64,000 nt of DNA from an uncultured Verrucomicrobiae bacterium (GCA_963815455.1 CAWFGO010000001.1:480001-544000), one strand, 5' to 3'. Positions 51,915 to 62,283 are shown, numbered from the stretch's first letter. Translations and numbers: made by a program. The notes: generated by a model from the letters alone, not told the origin.

Positions 51915-52625
51915 GTAGTAAGAAAGTACAACTTTAAGAGCTGAGTCTGAAATATGAAAGTGGCTGTAGGTTAAGATCTTCAGCCAAGAGAGTTTCAGTT
52001 ATCAAAGAATCTCTGGTCCGGCAGCAGCCGGACCGGAACAGATTGATCAAGCTACAAAGAGCGCATCATGGATGCCTTGGTGCCAATAGGCGATGAAGGA
52101 CGTGGTAAGCTGCGATAAGTCACGGAGAGCGGCAAACACGCTTTGACCCGTGAATTTCCGAATGGGATAACCTGAGCGAGGTAATACTTGCTCGAGTTCC
52201 TGTGAATACATAGCAGGAACATCGCGAAACCCGGTGAAGTGAAACATCTCAGTAACCGGAGGAACAGAAATCGAAAGAGATTCCGTCAGTAGTGGCGAGC
52301 GAAAGCGGAAGAGACCAAACCGGTCAATTTATTGACCGGGGTTGTAGGAGCCCGACGTGGTAGTGCAACGATTAGATGAAGCGAATGGAAAATCGCTCCA
52401 TAGAGGGTGACAGGCCCGTAATCGAAAATCCGCGCACGCCTAGGGATTTCCTGAGTAATACGATGCACGTGAAACTTCGTATGAATCTGCGCCGACCACG
52501 GCGTAAGTCTAAATACTAATTGGCGACCGATAGTGAACCAGTACCGCGAGGGAAAGGTGAAAAGAACCGCTGTGAGCGGAGTGAAATAGTACCTGAAATG
52601 ATGTGCTTACAAGGTGTCAAAGCCC

Positions 52626-52906
52626 AGCACTTTCTGATTCCATGGAAGACATGTTTTACGTCTACGTGCTAAAGAATCCGAAAAGTGCGGAGCTATACTA
52701 CGGCTTTAGTAGCAACCTGCGGCAGCGCTTCGATAGTGCATCAAAAGATGTCGAAGCATGCTGGATGGAAGTTAGTCTACTATGAAGCGTATGCCGATGA
52801 GCAGGATGCTCGCGATCGCGAACGGATGCTTAAGGATTACGGAGCCGCGAGAGGTCATCTCAAGAAACGTATAGCGCGAAGCACTTCCAAGGGGCCGGAA
52901 AGTGCT
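52626..52906 (+). mobile_element. Intervening sequence in the 23S helix 25 loop
   Basis: About 281 nt between ...GTCAAAGCCC and GGGTGATGGCGTGCCTTTTG; terminal stem CCCAGCACTTTCTG/CGGAAAGTGCTGGG. Confidence 0.9.
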
Positions 52907-52912
52907 GGGTGA
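52651..52912 (+). CDS. Small GIY-YIG nuclease encoded in the IVS (one-base frameshift near 52735)
   Basis: MFYVYVLKNPKSAELYYGFSSNLRQRF / HQKMSKHAGWKLVYYEAYADEQDARDRERMLK; the GIY-YIG Y..Y.G..R..H..E pattern is complete. Confidence 0.85.
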
Positions 52913-54033
52913 TGGCGTGCCTTTTGCTTAATGAGTCTGCGAGTTATTATCAGTGGCGAGCCTAAGGCGTTCTGCGCTGGAGGCGAAGCGAAAGCGAGTC
53001 CGAAATGGGCGAACATAGTCGCTGGTAGTAGACCCGAAGCCGAGGTGATCTACCCATGAGCAGGATGAAGATTGCTTAACCGCAATTGAAGGACCGAACC
53101 CGTGAAGGTTGAAAATTTCTGGGATGACTTGTGGGTAGGAGCGAAAGACTAATCAAACCCCGTGATAGCTGGTTCTCCCCGAAATAGCTTGAGGGCTAGC
53201 CTCGTGTGCTGACCTGCGGAGGTAGAGCACTGGATGAACTAGGGCCCATACCAGGGTACCGAACTCAATCAAACTCCGAATGCCGCAGGGTGTAACACGG
53301 GAGTCAGTGCGTGAGGGATAAGCTTCACGCGCGAGAGGCAAACATGCCAGACCAGCAGCTAAGGTGCCCAAATACCGTTCAGTGGAAAGGATGTGAGGTT
53401 GCATAGACAGTGAGGATGTTGGCTTAGAGGCAGCCATCATTTAAACAGTGCGTAATAGCTGACTCATCGAGCGATCTCGCGCCGATAATGATTGGCGATA
53501 AGCGGTATACCGAAGCTCTGGAAGACATTTTGGTTCGCCAGAATGGATTGGTAGGGGAGCGTTCTGAATGCATCGAAGCAGAAGGGGAACCTACTGTGGA
53601 GCGTTCAGAAGTGAGAATGCAGACATGAGTAGCGATAAGCCAGGTTAAATTCCTGGCCGCCGTAAACCCAAGGTTTCCTGGGGAAGGTTCGTCCTCCCAG
53701 GGTTAGTCGGGACCTAAGTCGAGGCCGAAGGGCGTAGACGATGGAAAGCAGGTTCAATATTCCTGCACCGGCTGTGGTTAAGCTTGGTTGTGACATATCA
53801 GTGGAGACGGGCCGTCGATTGAAAGTGGCGGTCTGCTCGCAAGAGCAAGGACGTGGAGGCCTCGGCTGAAGCGGATCTGTTAAAACTTGAATCAAGAAAA
53901 GCACTTAAATGTTCCCACGGTTGCCCGTACCGTAATCCGACACAGGTGGGTGAGTAGAGTATACTCAGGCGCGTGAGTGAAACCTCGTTAAGGAACTCGG
54001 CAATCTAGCCCCGTAACTTCGGAAGAAGGGGTG

Positions 54034-54196
54034 CCCCGCTGCATTTTGCGAGAGCGCAAAACAACAGTGAAATTATATTGCCAATCCCAAATTACAAGAT
54101 CCAGTAAATCTGAGACGAAGGCTAATGTTTCGGGATCTTGGAGTTTGGCTATTGGGATTCATGCATTTTGAGCCACTGCTCTAAAATGCAGCGGGG
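54034..54196 (+). other. Extended helix 63 / ORF-less IVS in 23S
   Basis: 14-bp perfect stem CCCCGCTGCATTTT/AAAATGCAGCGGGG enclosing an AT-richer hairpin, between GAAGAAGGGGTG and TCGCAGTGAAA. Confidence 0.8.
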
Positions 54197-54341
54197 TCGC
54201 AGTGAAATGGGTCAACCGACTGTTTAACAAAAACACAGCACTCTGCTAAGTCGTTAAGACGACGTATAGGGTGTGACACGTGACCAATGCGGAAAGATTA
54301 TGGTAAGACGTTAGCCGCAAGGCGAAGCGTTGAACCGAAGT

Positions 54342-54421
<80 letters not shown>

Positions 54422-54929
54422 GTGTAACGAGTTGACCGCTGTCTCAACGAGGAGCTCAGCGAAGTTGTAATGGCGGTGAAGATGCCGCCTACCCGCAGTA
54501 GGACGGAAAGACCCTATGCACCTTTACTACACGCTGTTACTGTTGTTTCGGTTTCGATGCTTAGCGTAAGTGGAAGGCTACGAAGCGGCCCTTTTGGGGG
54601 TCGCAGAGCCGCCAATGAAACACCACCCTTCGGTACTGGAATAACTAACCTTTGCCCGTATATCCGGGAAAGGGACACTGGCAGCCGGCTAGTTTTACTG
54701 GGGCGGTATCCTCCCAAAGAGTAACGGAGGAGTACGAAGGTTGGCTCAACCTGGTTGGCAATCAGGTGACGAGTATATGGATATAAGCCAGCTTAACTGT
54801 GAGAGACACACCTCGAGCAGATACGAAAGTAGGTCCAAGTGATCCGGTGGTTGAATGTGGAATTGCCATCGCTCAACGGACAAAAGGTACGCTAGGGATA
54901 ACAGGCTGATCCTGCCCAAGAGCTCATAT

Positions 54930-54996
<67 letters not shown>

Positions 54997-55011
54997 CCGG
55001 CTGTTCGCCGG

Positions 55012-55045
<34 letters not shown>

Positions 55046-55186
55046 CGAGACAGTTCGGTCCTTATCCACTGTGGGCGCAGGAGATTTGAGGGGTTCAGAC
55101 CTTAGTACGAGAGGACCGGGTCTGACGAACCGCTGGTGTTCCAGTTGTCGTGTCAACGGCAGTGCTGGGTAGCTATGTTCGGAAAG

Positions 55187-55217
<31 letters not shown>

Positions 55218-55600
55218 CTATCCCAAGATGAGATCTCCCTGAAGGGTCGTGGTAGACCACCACGTTGATAGGTCTCCGGTGTAAGTGCAGTAATGTATTC
55301 AGCTGAGAGATACTAATAACCCGTTCGGCTTGATCTTTTACTTTTCTGTTAACGCTGCGTTCCGGTGAAAATCGGGACAGCAGAATGGGAAATGAAAGAT
55401 CTCAAACAAAACGAAGCCTTAAGCGTGCGACTTTCCAAAAACTCCTGTATGTAGATATCAGAGAACAGCGACAGAATTTTGAGAAGATGACGTGATGTTT
55501 GATCTAAATGAATGCGCGCAATCGCGAGCGAAATAAATCTGACATCGTCCATCAAACCTCAAACATGCCAGAAGCGAGCGGCGAAGCATTCGCGGTTCGC

Positions 55601-55717
55601 TTCTGGTGATAATAGCGCAGTGGCACCACCCGTTCCCATTCCGAACACGGCAGTGAAACGCTGCAGCCCCGATGGTAGTACGGCGATAGGCTGTGCGAGA
55701 GTAGGACGTCGCCAGAA
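55601..55717 (+). rRNA. rrf: 5S rRNA
   Basis: TTCTGGTG...CACCCGTTCCCATTCCGAACACGG.AGTGAA...GATGGTAGT...GAGAGTAGG..GTCGCCAGAA. Confidence 0.97.
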
Positions 55718-55719
55718 CT

Positions 55720-55753
55720 AAAACCCCGCTAGGTTTATCTCAGCGGGGTTTTT
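55720..55753 (+). terminator. rRNA unit terminator
   Basis: AAAACCCCGCT...AGCGGGGTTTTT. Confidence 0.85.
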
Positions 55754-56049
55754 GCTTTCTATGCACCCTGCTCGCCTGTCGCGCAGTAAGCCTTGGCGAA
55801 GGCGGAAGCACGGCGCGGCGGAACACCGCATGCCGTAAGAGAATGGCGCCGACGGGAGTCGAGCGACATAGACGGTCGCGGCCCGTCGCGAAGCGACACT
55901 TCACTTTGGGTAAACTGTATCGGCCGTTTAGCGCCAGGGAGCGTAAGCCCGCGCAGGTTGCGGGCGAGTGAGCTGGAGCGAACGAGTCAATAAGACTCCG
56001 CCAGAACCGCGCCCCGAAAAGCAGTCGATCTCGTCACCTATAGTCAAGA

Positions 56050-56721
56050 TCACGCATCATCTCGATCGCGTAGTACAAAACAATTAAGGTGGTGTTCGAT
56101 AAGATCTGAACGAGTCGAACCCACCTTGATGCTCCGATAGATGTTCTGCAATCCCTCAAGAAGATCGAACGACCTAGGAAACGCGAGGCGAAGATCGGTG
56201 GAGTGTTCAAAACACGACGATAACCCCTCGATAACTTCGTCGAGCTTCACTTCAAAGTCGGGTGGCAATGAAGGTGTCCGCGACGACGCCAGGAATGATC
56301 GAACTGCACTTCGTGCTCTTCGAAAAAATCTGTGATCGATCCGTCCCGCGATGTCGACTGGAATCTTACACTCATTCTTCAGAAAGAGAATAAACCTGAA
56401 AACCTCCCCTCGAACACATCCCACAAGCCGATCAGCACCATGTCTGACTTGAAATCGAATAGAATGCTTCTGAACGAATGTCCCGACAACCACACCAATC
56501 GCAAGACCGATCGGCAACACCAGCAAACTTGCGATAAGATTTTGAGCGAATGCAATATTCCAAATCAACGCGGTACCACCGGCGATAGTCGCAAAAATTA
56601 TGACCAGCAACGACCATGTGAGTGTAAGAAGGGCGAGTTGGGCTACAAGCGGAATAAGGCGCCGATAATGGTGATATTCAAAGCCGCGATTCGACGAAAA
56701 CCCGCGGCGTGGCAACTTCAT
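56050..56721 (-). CDS. Hypothetical 2-TM membrane protein, last gene of the MTase operon
   Basis: ATG at 56721 overlaps the vsr stop (ATGA); two long hydrophobic segments then a soluble domain. Confidence 0.65.
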   Translation of the reverse strand: MKLPRRGFSSNRGFEYHHYRRLIPLVAQLALLTLTWSLLVIIFATIAGGTALIWNIAFAQNLIASLLVLPIGLAIGVVVGTFVQKHSIRFQVRHGADRLVGCVRGEVFRFILFLKNECKIPVDIAGRIDHRFFRRARSAVRSFLASSRTPSLPPDFEVKLDEVIEGLSSCFEHSTDLRLAFPRSFDLLEGLQNIYRSIKVGSTRSDLIEHHLNCFVLRDRDDA

Positions 56722-57155
56722 AAAGAAACGGCGTTGCGGCGGCGACGTGCCTTGTCTATTCGCGCGCTGATCTTCAACCAAAAACGAGGATGCAAATCGC
56801 ACTCCCAAACGCGCACAACGTTCCAGCCAGCGTTACGTAATGCTCGTGTCACCTTACGGTCCCGCAGTTGATTCCCTGCTAACTTGGCTCGCCACCACTT
56901 CGCCCGACTTTTCGGCAGCGACGCATGTTTCGGTTTGGGGCAGCCATGCCAAAAACATCCATCGACAAACACAGCAACTCTTTCGCGTGGAAAAATAAAG
57001 TCAGGTTTTCCAAATAGTTGGACCTTTCGACGCCATCCAGTGATTCGATACTTTCGGAACAATCTAATCATGCGCAGTTCGGTATCGCGATTCTCACTGC
57101 TCCGAATCCGCGACATTATTTCGGATCGGCGTTGCGGTGAGTAAATGTCACTCAA
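56718..57155 (-). CDS. vsr: Very-short-patch repair endonuclease
   Basis: D......RS.IMSRI....T..E, GKPD, FVDGCFWHGC, RD, GW.V.RVWEC. Confidence 0.95.
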   Translation of the reverse strand: MSDIYSPQRRSEIMSRIRSSENRDTELRMIRLFRKYRITGWRRKVQLFGKPDFIFPRERVAVFVDGCFWHGCPKPKHASLPKSRAKWWRAKLAGNQLRDRKVTRALRNAGWNVVRVWECDLHPRFWLKISARIDKARRRRNAVSL

Positions 57156-57160
57156 GCTTA

Positions 57161-58216
57161 TCAGCGCGTTTGAGATCGGTGAGCGATAATGGCCTTTGCT
57201 ATTTCAGCGGCAAAACGGACGGGAACTGCGTTACCGATCTGACTCGCGACTTCACTCAAAGAACCGCCGTAAAAAATGTAGTCGTCGGTAAAACTCTGCA
57301 AGCGCGCCGCTTCTCGCAACGAAATCGCGCGATGTTGTACGGGATGACCATACCGGCCATTCGAAATACTGTGACAGCGACATGTGAGCGTCGGCGCTGG
57401 AAAGTCCCATCGCATCCGACCGTATACGTCAGAATGCCCCTCATAGTCCCCGCTATGACAGGGAAGATGAAAGTGTTTGGGCCACTGTATTCGACCGCCT
57501 CCATCTTTGGGAGTTACACTGAGTCTCGCCAAGTTCGTTTCAGATAGTCCTGCGGCCCGATGATTTGGAACAGTCTTGTGCGTCTCACCTGCCGCCAATT
57601 TCGGCAAATTGCCAATAGCATCCCGGACCGTCCGGTATTTTCGGCGCGCGTTCGGGCCGTGACTTGGTGTAGGCAAGCTGGGGGACGGCGCTCGGCTTGC
57701 AATAACGATCCATCTCTGTCGATTCTGCGGCACTCCAAAAGACTTCGCGTTGAGTCGGCCCTCAGCCCACTCGTAACCATTACATTTAAGCGCTTTTAGA
57801 AACCGGTGATAAGTGCTGTTTCCAGCCACTCGGGCGATCCCCGGGACATTTTCGATAACGACGTATTGCGGCTGAAACGACGAGATGAAAACCGTAAGAG
57901 CGCTAAGCAAGCTCCGCTCAGCTTCATAATCACCTTCGCGGCGCTGCTGCGTAAACGGACGGCAAGGGGCGCAAGCCATAAATACAAGTGCTTCAGCAGC
58001 GGTATGCTTAATTAAGGGACGTAATTGTTTGATCGTCAGGTCCTGCATATCAACTTCCAGGAATCGAGCTGGCTTATTGTTCCGTTCGTAAGTCCACCGA
58101 CATGCTCCATTCGCGTCGATTCCAGCAATTACGTCAATTCCAGCGTCCAGGAACCCTCGCGTGAAACCGCCAGCGCCACAGAAAAAATCAACCGCTCTAA
58201 GTTTCTGCACTCGCAT
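57161..58216 (-). CDS. DNA (cytosine-5) methyltransferase
   Basis: DFFCGAGG (I), CAPC (IV), ENV (VI), Q.R.R (VIII), R.IS.REAARLQSF (IX), QIGNAVP (X). Confidence 0.95.
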   Translation of the reverse strand: MRVQKLRAVDFFCGAGGFTRGFLDAGIDVIAGIDANGACRWTYERNNKPARFLEVDMQDLTIKQLRPLIKHTAAEALVFMACAPCRPFTQQRREGDYEAERSLLSALTVFISSFQPQYVVIENVPGIARVAGNSTYHRFLKALKCNGYEWAEGRLNAKSFGVPQNRQRWIVIASRAPSPSLPTPSHGPNARRKYRTVRDAIGNLPKLAAGETHKTVPNHRAAGLSETNLARLSVTPKDGGGRIQWPKHFHLPCHSGDYEGHSDVYGRMRWDFPAPTLTCRCHSISNGRYGHPVQHRAISLREAARLQSFTDDYIFYGGSLSEVASQIGNAVPVRFAAEIAKAIIAHRSQTR

Positions 58217-59312
58217 CGGCTGGCAGGGATTTTAATATTGCGTCAACAAATTGATCGCTGTCAAGACTTGGCAAGCCTGGTCGGCCAGAAATTTGCGCGA
58301 ACGCCCAAGAAACACGCTCGCGAAATGGGCTATCAACGGAGGCGACCCGATACCATTCGACATTCGGATCCTCGTGAAGAGAGATCGCAGCCATGCCTAA
58401 CAATTGCAAGCTTTTCAGATCTACCGCCATCGCCGGAATAATTTTCGGCAACTCCGGGACGCAGAAAACGCCGTTTACCTGATCCGCGTTTAGGAAAATC
58501 GGTAGACGTTGCTTCAATCTTTTCTTTCCGGCCTGCCCCAGATTCGTTGCATCCAGGAACCGTTGCGGCGATTCGCATCGCGCGACCAAGGCATGCTCTA
58601 AACATCCGCCTCGATTGCGCACCAGGTCACAAGAAGGCGAAAGGACGACAAGAAAATCGCTGGGATCAAATCCTTCGGCAGCGCAACGACGAAGTATATC
58701 CCCGGTCATTAGATCGGGCGATAGACTGGGATAAACATATTGTTCCCACGGCCGAAGAGCAGTTTCGGCTTGCTGCACAATGTCCATCGACGCGGCTATG
58801 CGGCGTCTTGTGATTCGTCCTATAAGCTCACCCCTGGTCTCGGGAGCGCTGTCCTGCCAAATAACCTCGCACACGTCGCGAAGTGAATTGCCCATTGATT
58901 GTGCAACTTCCCGGCGAACTCCGTGAAGTACCTCGACGTGAGGCAAAAATTCTCCAAGGCTGTGTACTACTTGCTGATCGCTTTCGGCTGAGCCTGTTTT
59001 CGCATGCAATCGAATGAATGGATGCTTTGCCAGTTCCTCGTGGCTAGGTTGAGGCTTCGCAGTATATATGATTAGCGGACAAAAATGTCGCTCCCATATC
59101 TTCTTTCCAACTTTATCCCCTTCATTTTGATCTAGATTTGGATCCGCGAAAATGTCGATTACCACTACGTCGGGCATCTCCTCTTCAACTCGATCAAAGG
59201 CAGTGTCGAACATATTGTGCGTTATCGTGGTGCTTGATGCGAATTTCGCCTCAATCGCAAGTTTCAGATTCTCCGCTGGTACCGTTTGATCATCGATGAT
59301 AAGAATTTTCAT
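58197..59312 (-). CDS. Receiver-domain protein with an uncharacterised C-terminal domain
   Basis: MKILIIDD, VVVID, IIYTA, K; C-terminal TGDIL...VLSPSCDL...SPFRE...GRPGLP. Confidence 0.85.
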   Translation of the reverse strand: MKILIIDDQTVPAENLKLAIEAKFASSTTITHNMFDTAFDRVEEEMPDVVVIDIFADPNLDQNEGDKVGKKIWERHFCPLIIYTAKPQPSHEELAKHPFIRLHAKTGSAESDQQVVHSLGEFLPHVEVLHGVRREVAQSMGNSLRDVCEVIWQDSAPETRGELIGRITRRRIAASMDIVQQAETALRPWEQYVYPSLSPDLMTGDILRRCAAEGFDPSDFLVVLSPSCDLVRNRGGCLEHALVARCESPQRFLDATNLGQAGKKRLKQRLPIFLNADQVNGVFCVPELPKIIPAMAVDLKSLQLLGMAAISLHEDPNVEWYRVASVDSPFRERVSWAFAQISGRPGLPSLDSDQFVDAILKSLPADASAET

Positions 59313-61465
59313 CGCGATTGCTCGACAGCCGGTAATTCGAACCTAAATGTCGCGCCACCCAATTTTCCCGGAGCTTGAACGGCTATTGTGCCTTTGTTGC
59401 CCTCGACCAATTCTCCCGCCACGGTTAAACCCATCCCTGATCCATTTGGTCTACGCGTAACTCCCGCGTTAAAGATACGGTTCTTGTCTTCTGATGCGAT
59501 ACCTGGCCCCGAATCGCTGATTTCACAAACAACCATGCCGTCCCGTCGGGAAGAACTAATTTTCAGCCGTCGCCGATCGGGCTTGCTGTGATGAAGCCAG
59601 TAGACAGCATTATCGACGAGGTTGTATACGATTGGATACAATTCACCTGGGTCAATACGAACCTCACCGTCGCGAATAGCACATTCGACCGCCACGCGGC
59701 CTTGCTTGAGCGGCTCTTGCAGCGTCTGCAAACAAGCATCGACAACCTCTTTCAGGTTTGCGTTCCGTTTTCCACGCTGAAACGCGCGACTGGCCAAAGG
59801 TCGGAATCTTTCTGCCAATCTTTGCAGCGCGGTGACGGCGTCCTTCGCTAACGCGAGCCTCTTCTCTAAGACGGCGCGATCCGCTAACTTGTTCTCTAAC
59901 CATTCGCGAACGCAATTGACGAACGCATCGAGGGCACCACAGTTGTTGCCGACCTCGTGGACAAGCATTTGCGAAATGGTGCCAATCGTCGCCAGCCGAC
60001 TGTAATAAAAAAATTGCCTCTCGATTTGCTGGCGCGCTTTCTCTGCCTTTTTTGAAAACTGAGTCAGGAGCGGTAACACGTCGCTAGCCGTCCCATTTTC
60101 CGAAACGATCTCTTCGGCATCACTCAGCAGCTTTTCAGGTGAAAGCTCTTCAAACAATTCTCTCAACTGCGGTTCTTCAGCCTCCTGGTCTTGATCACGT
60201 TCCAGTTCGAGTCGGCTAATCGCGTACCTGAGCAAACGTTCAAATTCTTGCACCTCGTCGTTCCTCGCGAGCCTTTCACGATCACTTGTGTCTTCAATCC
60301 GCGGGTTTACATCGGCAGAAACCGATACGTAGCCGACCATTTGACTCGTGCTTAGCCGCGTCCCCACCTTGCTGACGCGTCGAAGATCTAACCCAAGCCA
60401 ATCGCGATTGTTTTCCGATTTTGGCAAAACAAGGACACCGTCCCGATATAAAGAAAGACCCTTGAATGCGCGAATTTGCCGGCGCATTAGTGACCTACGG
60501 ATTTCAAACCGAGACTCCGCATCAGCCATGCTCTTTTGATCCAGGTCCCAAACTCGAATTTCGAAGGAAAACGGGCCGCACGTTGGTTGCTTCTTCAAAG
60601 GTATTCGATCTTGTTTGGGCAGAGTATCGTTTATATCGCGCTGAACGATCGCCCAATCGAAGCTCCTAGGAACAGACCGTCCTTTCGCGCGAAACGGATG
60701 AAACGTGTAGTTGTATTTAAGCGTTCCCGCCCGACTGAAACTTCCCTTCAAACTATACGGTGGATGCTTAAGAAATTCCGAGGTTTGAATTTTCGTTCGT
60801 GTAGGAACAGCACCGGGCGGAGTAAGAAAAATGTCAAAATCGGAGATCGCCTCGAATGGTGAGGTGAGTCTCGACAATGCCTCACTAAGTTCCTCAACTT
60901 CTTGCTCGCGCCAACGAGAATTGAGACTGCGAATCGTGATGGATGTGCCGGTCCCGTTCCGAAATTCAGTCCCGATGTACTTTCCCCGCAACGCGCAGCA
61001 TGCTTCGACAGACGAAGCCGCCGAAAGTCCAGACCAGTCAACGTCGACTTGCCACGCGCGATCCTCCTTTGCCTTTGTCACCAATGTCATTGATTGTCCT
61101 AGCCGAGCAGCAGAAAGACGCCCCAAACCCTTTGCACCGGTCGTGCGCCGAGTCTTATTTCCTTTGTGTGTGCGTGGATGTTCCTGGCGGAACGGAGTAG
61201 CGACCATGCACCAGACGTCGTCGATGATTTCCTTCGTCATGCCCTGCCCGTTATCAGCCACTTCGAGCGTTAACTTGCCACCAACGGACCCGAATCTCAC
61301 TTCGACGTGTGTTGCAAACGCATCGTACGAATTCTTCACGAGTTCAATAACAGCCACGACATCGCTCGTGACGAGCTCGGAACCGAGAGCCTGAAAGACA
61401 CGCGGATGCATCTTAAACGGCACCAGCTTGGCGTCCGCGCTCGTCGACTCGTCAGGCATTAGCAA
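59309..61465 (-). CDS. MORC/MutL-type GHKL ATPase fused to a histidine kinase
   Basis: N-terminal ELVKNSYDA, DNGQGM, GAKGLGR; central LYRDG...DWLGLD...TSDRE; C-terminal LVHEV, NLVDNA, DSGPGI, GSGMGL. Confidence 0.9.
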   Translation of the reverse strand: MLMPDESTSADAKLVPFKMHPRVFQALGSELVTSDVVAVIELVKNSYDAFATHVEVRFGSVGGKLTLEVADNGQGMTKEIIDDVWCMVATPFRQEHPRTHKGNKTRRTTGAKGLGRLSAARLGQSMTLVTKAKEDRAWQVDVDWSGLSAASSVEACCALRGKYIGTEFRNGTGTSITIRSLNSRWREQEVEELSEALSRLTSPFEAISDFDIFLTPPGAVPTRTKIQTSEFLKHPPYSLKGSFSRAGTLKYNYTFHPFRAKGRSVPRSFDWAIVQRDINDTLPKQDRIPLKKQPTCGPFSFEIRVWDLDQKSMADAESRFEIRRSLMRRQIRAFKGLSLYRDGVLVLPKSENNRDWLGLDLRRVSKVGTRLSTSQMVGYVSVSADVNPRIEDTSDRERLARNDEVQEFERLLRYAISRLELERDQDQEAEEPQLRELFEELSPEKLLSDAEEIVSENGTASDVLPLLTQFSKKAEKARQQIERQFFYYSRLATIGTISQMLVHEVGNNCGALDAFVNCVREWLENKLADRAVLEKRLALAKDAVTALQRLAERFRPLASRAFQRGKRNANLKEVVDACLQTLQEPLKQGRVAVECAIRDGEVRIDPGELYPIVYNLVDNAVYWLHHSKPDRRRLKISSSRRDGMVVCEISDSGPGIASEDKNRIFNAGVTRRPNGSGMGLTVAGELVEGNKGTIAVQAPGKLGGATFRFELPAVEQSR

Positions 61466-61626
61466 TCAATGGCGGAAATCCTACAGCGGCAATTGCCAGA
61501 GGACAAGCGCTGTGATGTTGCTGCTCCCGTCTCCTACGCTACGGGAAGGCGCCCTAGCAGAAGGTTTCGTACTCACGGGCAAAGATTCATCCGTTTGCAT
61601 CTGCGTAATCCGCGGTAGGTTCCACC

Positions 61627-62140
61627 ATGCTGACAAGTAAGAAAGTAATAGGCGCGATAAACGAGCAGATTGGATACGAGTTCAGCGCTTCGATGCAGTA
61701 TTACGCGATCGCCGCGCATTTCGCGGCTGAGGCTTTGCCGCAGTTGTCGCAGCATTTTTTCCAGCAAGCCGAAGAAGAGAAAGGTCACGCGCTGCGATTC
61801 ATCAAGTACGTGGTCGATGCCGGCGGACGCGTGGTGATTCCGGCAATCGACGCGCCGAGGTCCAATTTCAAAACTCCTAAAGACGCGGTGAAGCTTTCTC
61901 TTGATCAGGAAATTCACGTGACGAAACAGATCAATGCGTCTCGTTGATCTGGCCCGTAAGGAAAACGACCACATCACGATCAATTTTCTCCAGTGGTTCC
62001 TGACCGAGCAGCTCGAGGAAGTTTCCTCGATGGACAATTTGCTCAAGATCGTCGAAAGGGCGGGAACCGATCTGCTCCAGGCCGATGAATACCTCGCCCG
62101 CGTTGGTCTCCGGACGATGCCGGAGCCACCCAAGGAATAG
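61627..62140 (+). CDS. ftnA: Non-heme ferritin (apparent frameshift near 61938)
   Basis: NEQI..E..AS..Y, QA.EE..HA, E..VT..I, FLQWF..EQ.EE. Confidence 0.92.
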
Positions 62141-62141
62141 T

Positions 62142-62283
62142 CTGGGGAGCGCAGGCTGCCAGCCTGCAGCATTCGGCAGCCTGCCGAATGCACTCTCAGA
62201 TCGCTCTGGCCATCATTACCGGACCCGATATACATTCGCGGCAAGCTGCCGCGAACAACAGGCTGGCAGCCTGTGCTACCCGG
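62142..62283. repeat. REPIN-like element, second copy of the 11293..11429 family
   Basis: GGGGAGCGCAGGCTGCCAGCCTGC...CAGGCTGGCAGCCTGTGCTACCC. Confidence 0.85.

Noticed and set aside
52626..52906. Group I intron interpretation of the 23S insertion
   Set aside because: The ORF fills nearly the whole insert, leaving no room for a catalytic core; a simple terminal stem fits an IVS
55336..55600. tRNA or ncRNA in the 265-nt 23S-5S spacer
   Set aside because: No tRNA motifs; only the processing-stem arm and weak hairpins are visible
55844..55862. Minus-strand TCGACTCCCGTCGGCGCCA resembling a tRNA 3' end or att site beside the MTase operon
   Set aside because: Preceded by CGC rather than GGT, no cloverleaf, and it is part of a local hairpin; no integrase in the window
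55999..56007. CGCCAGAAC matching the 5S 3' end as a possible integration duplication
   Set aside because: Only 9 bp, on the same side of the island as 5S, no partner at the far boundary; compatible with chance
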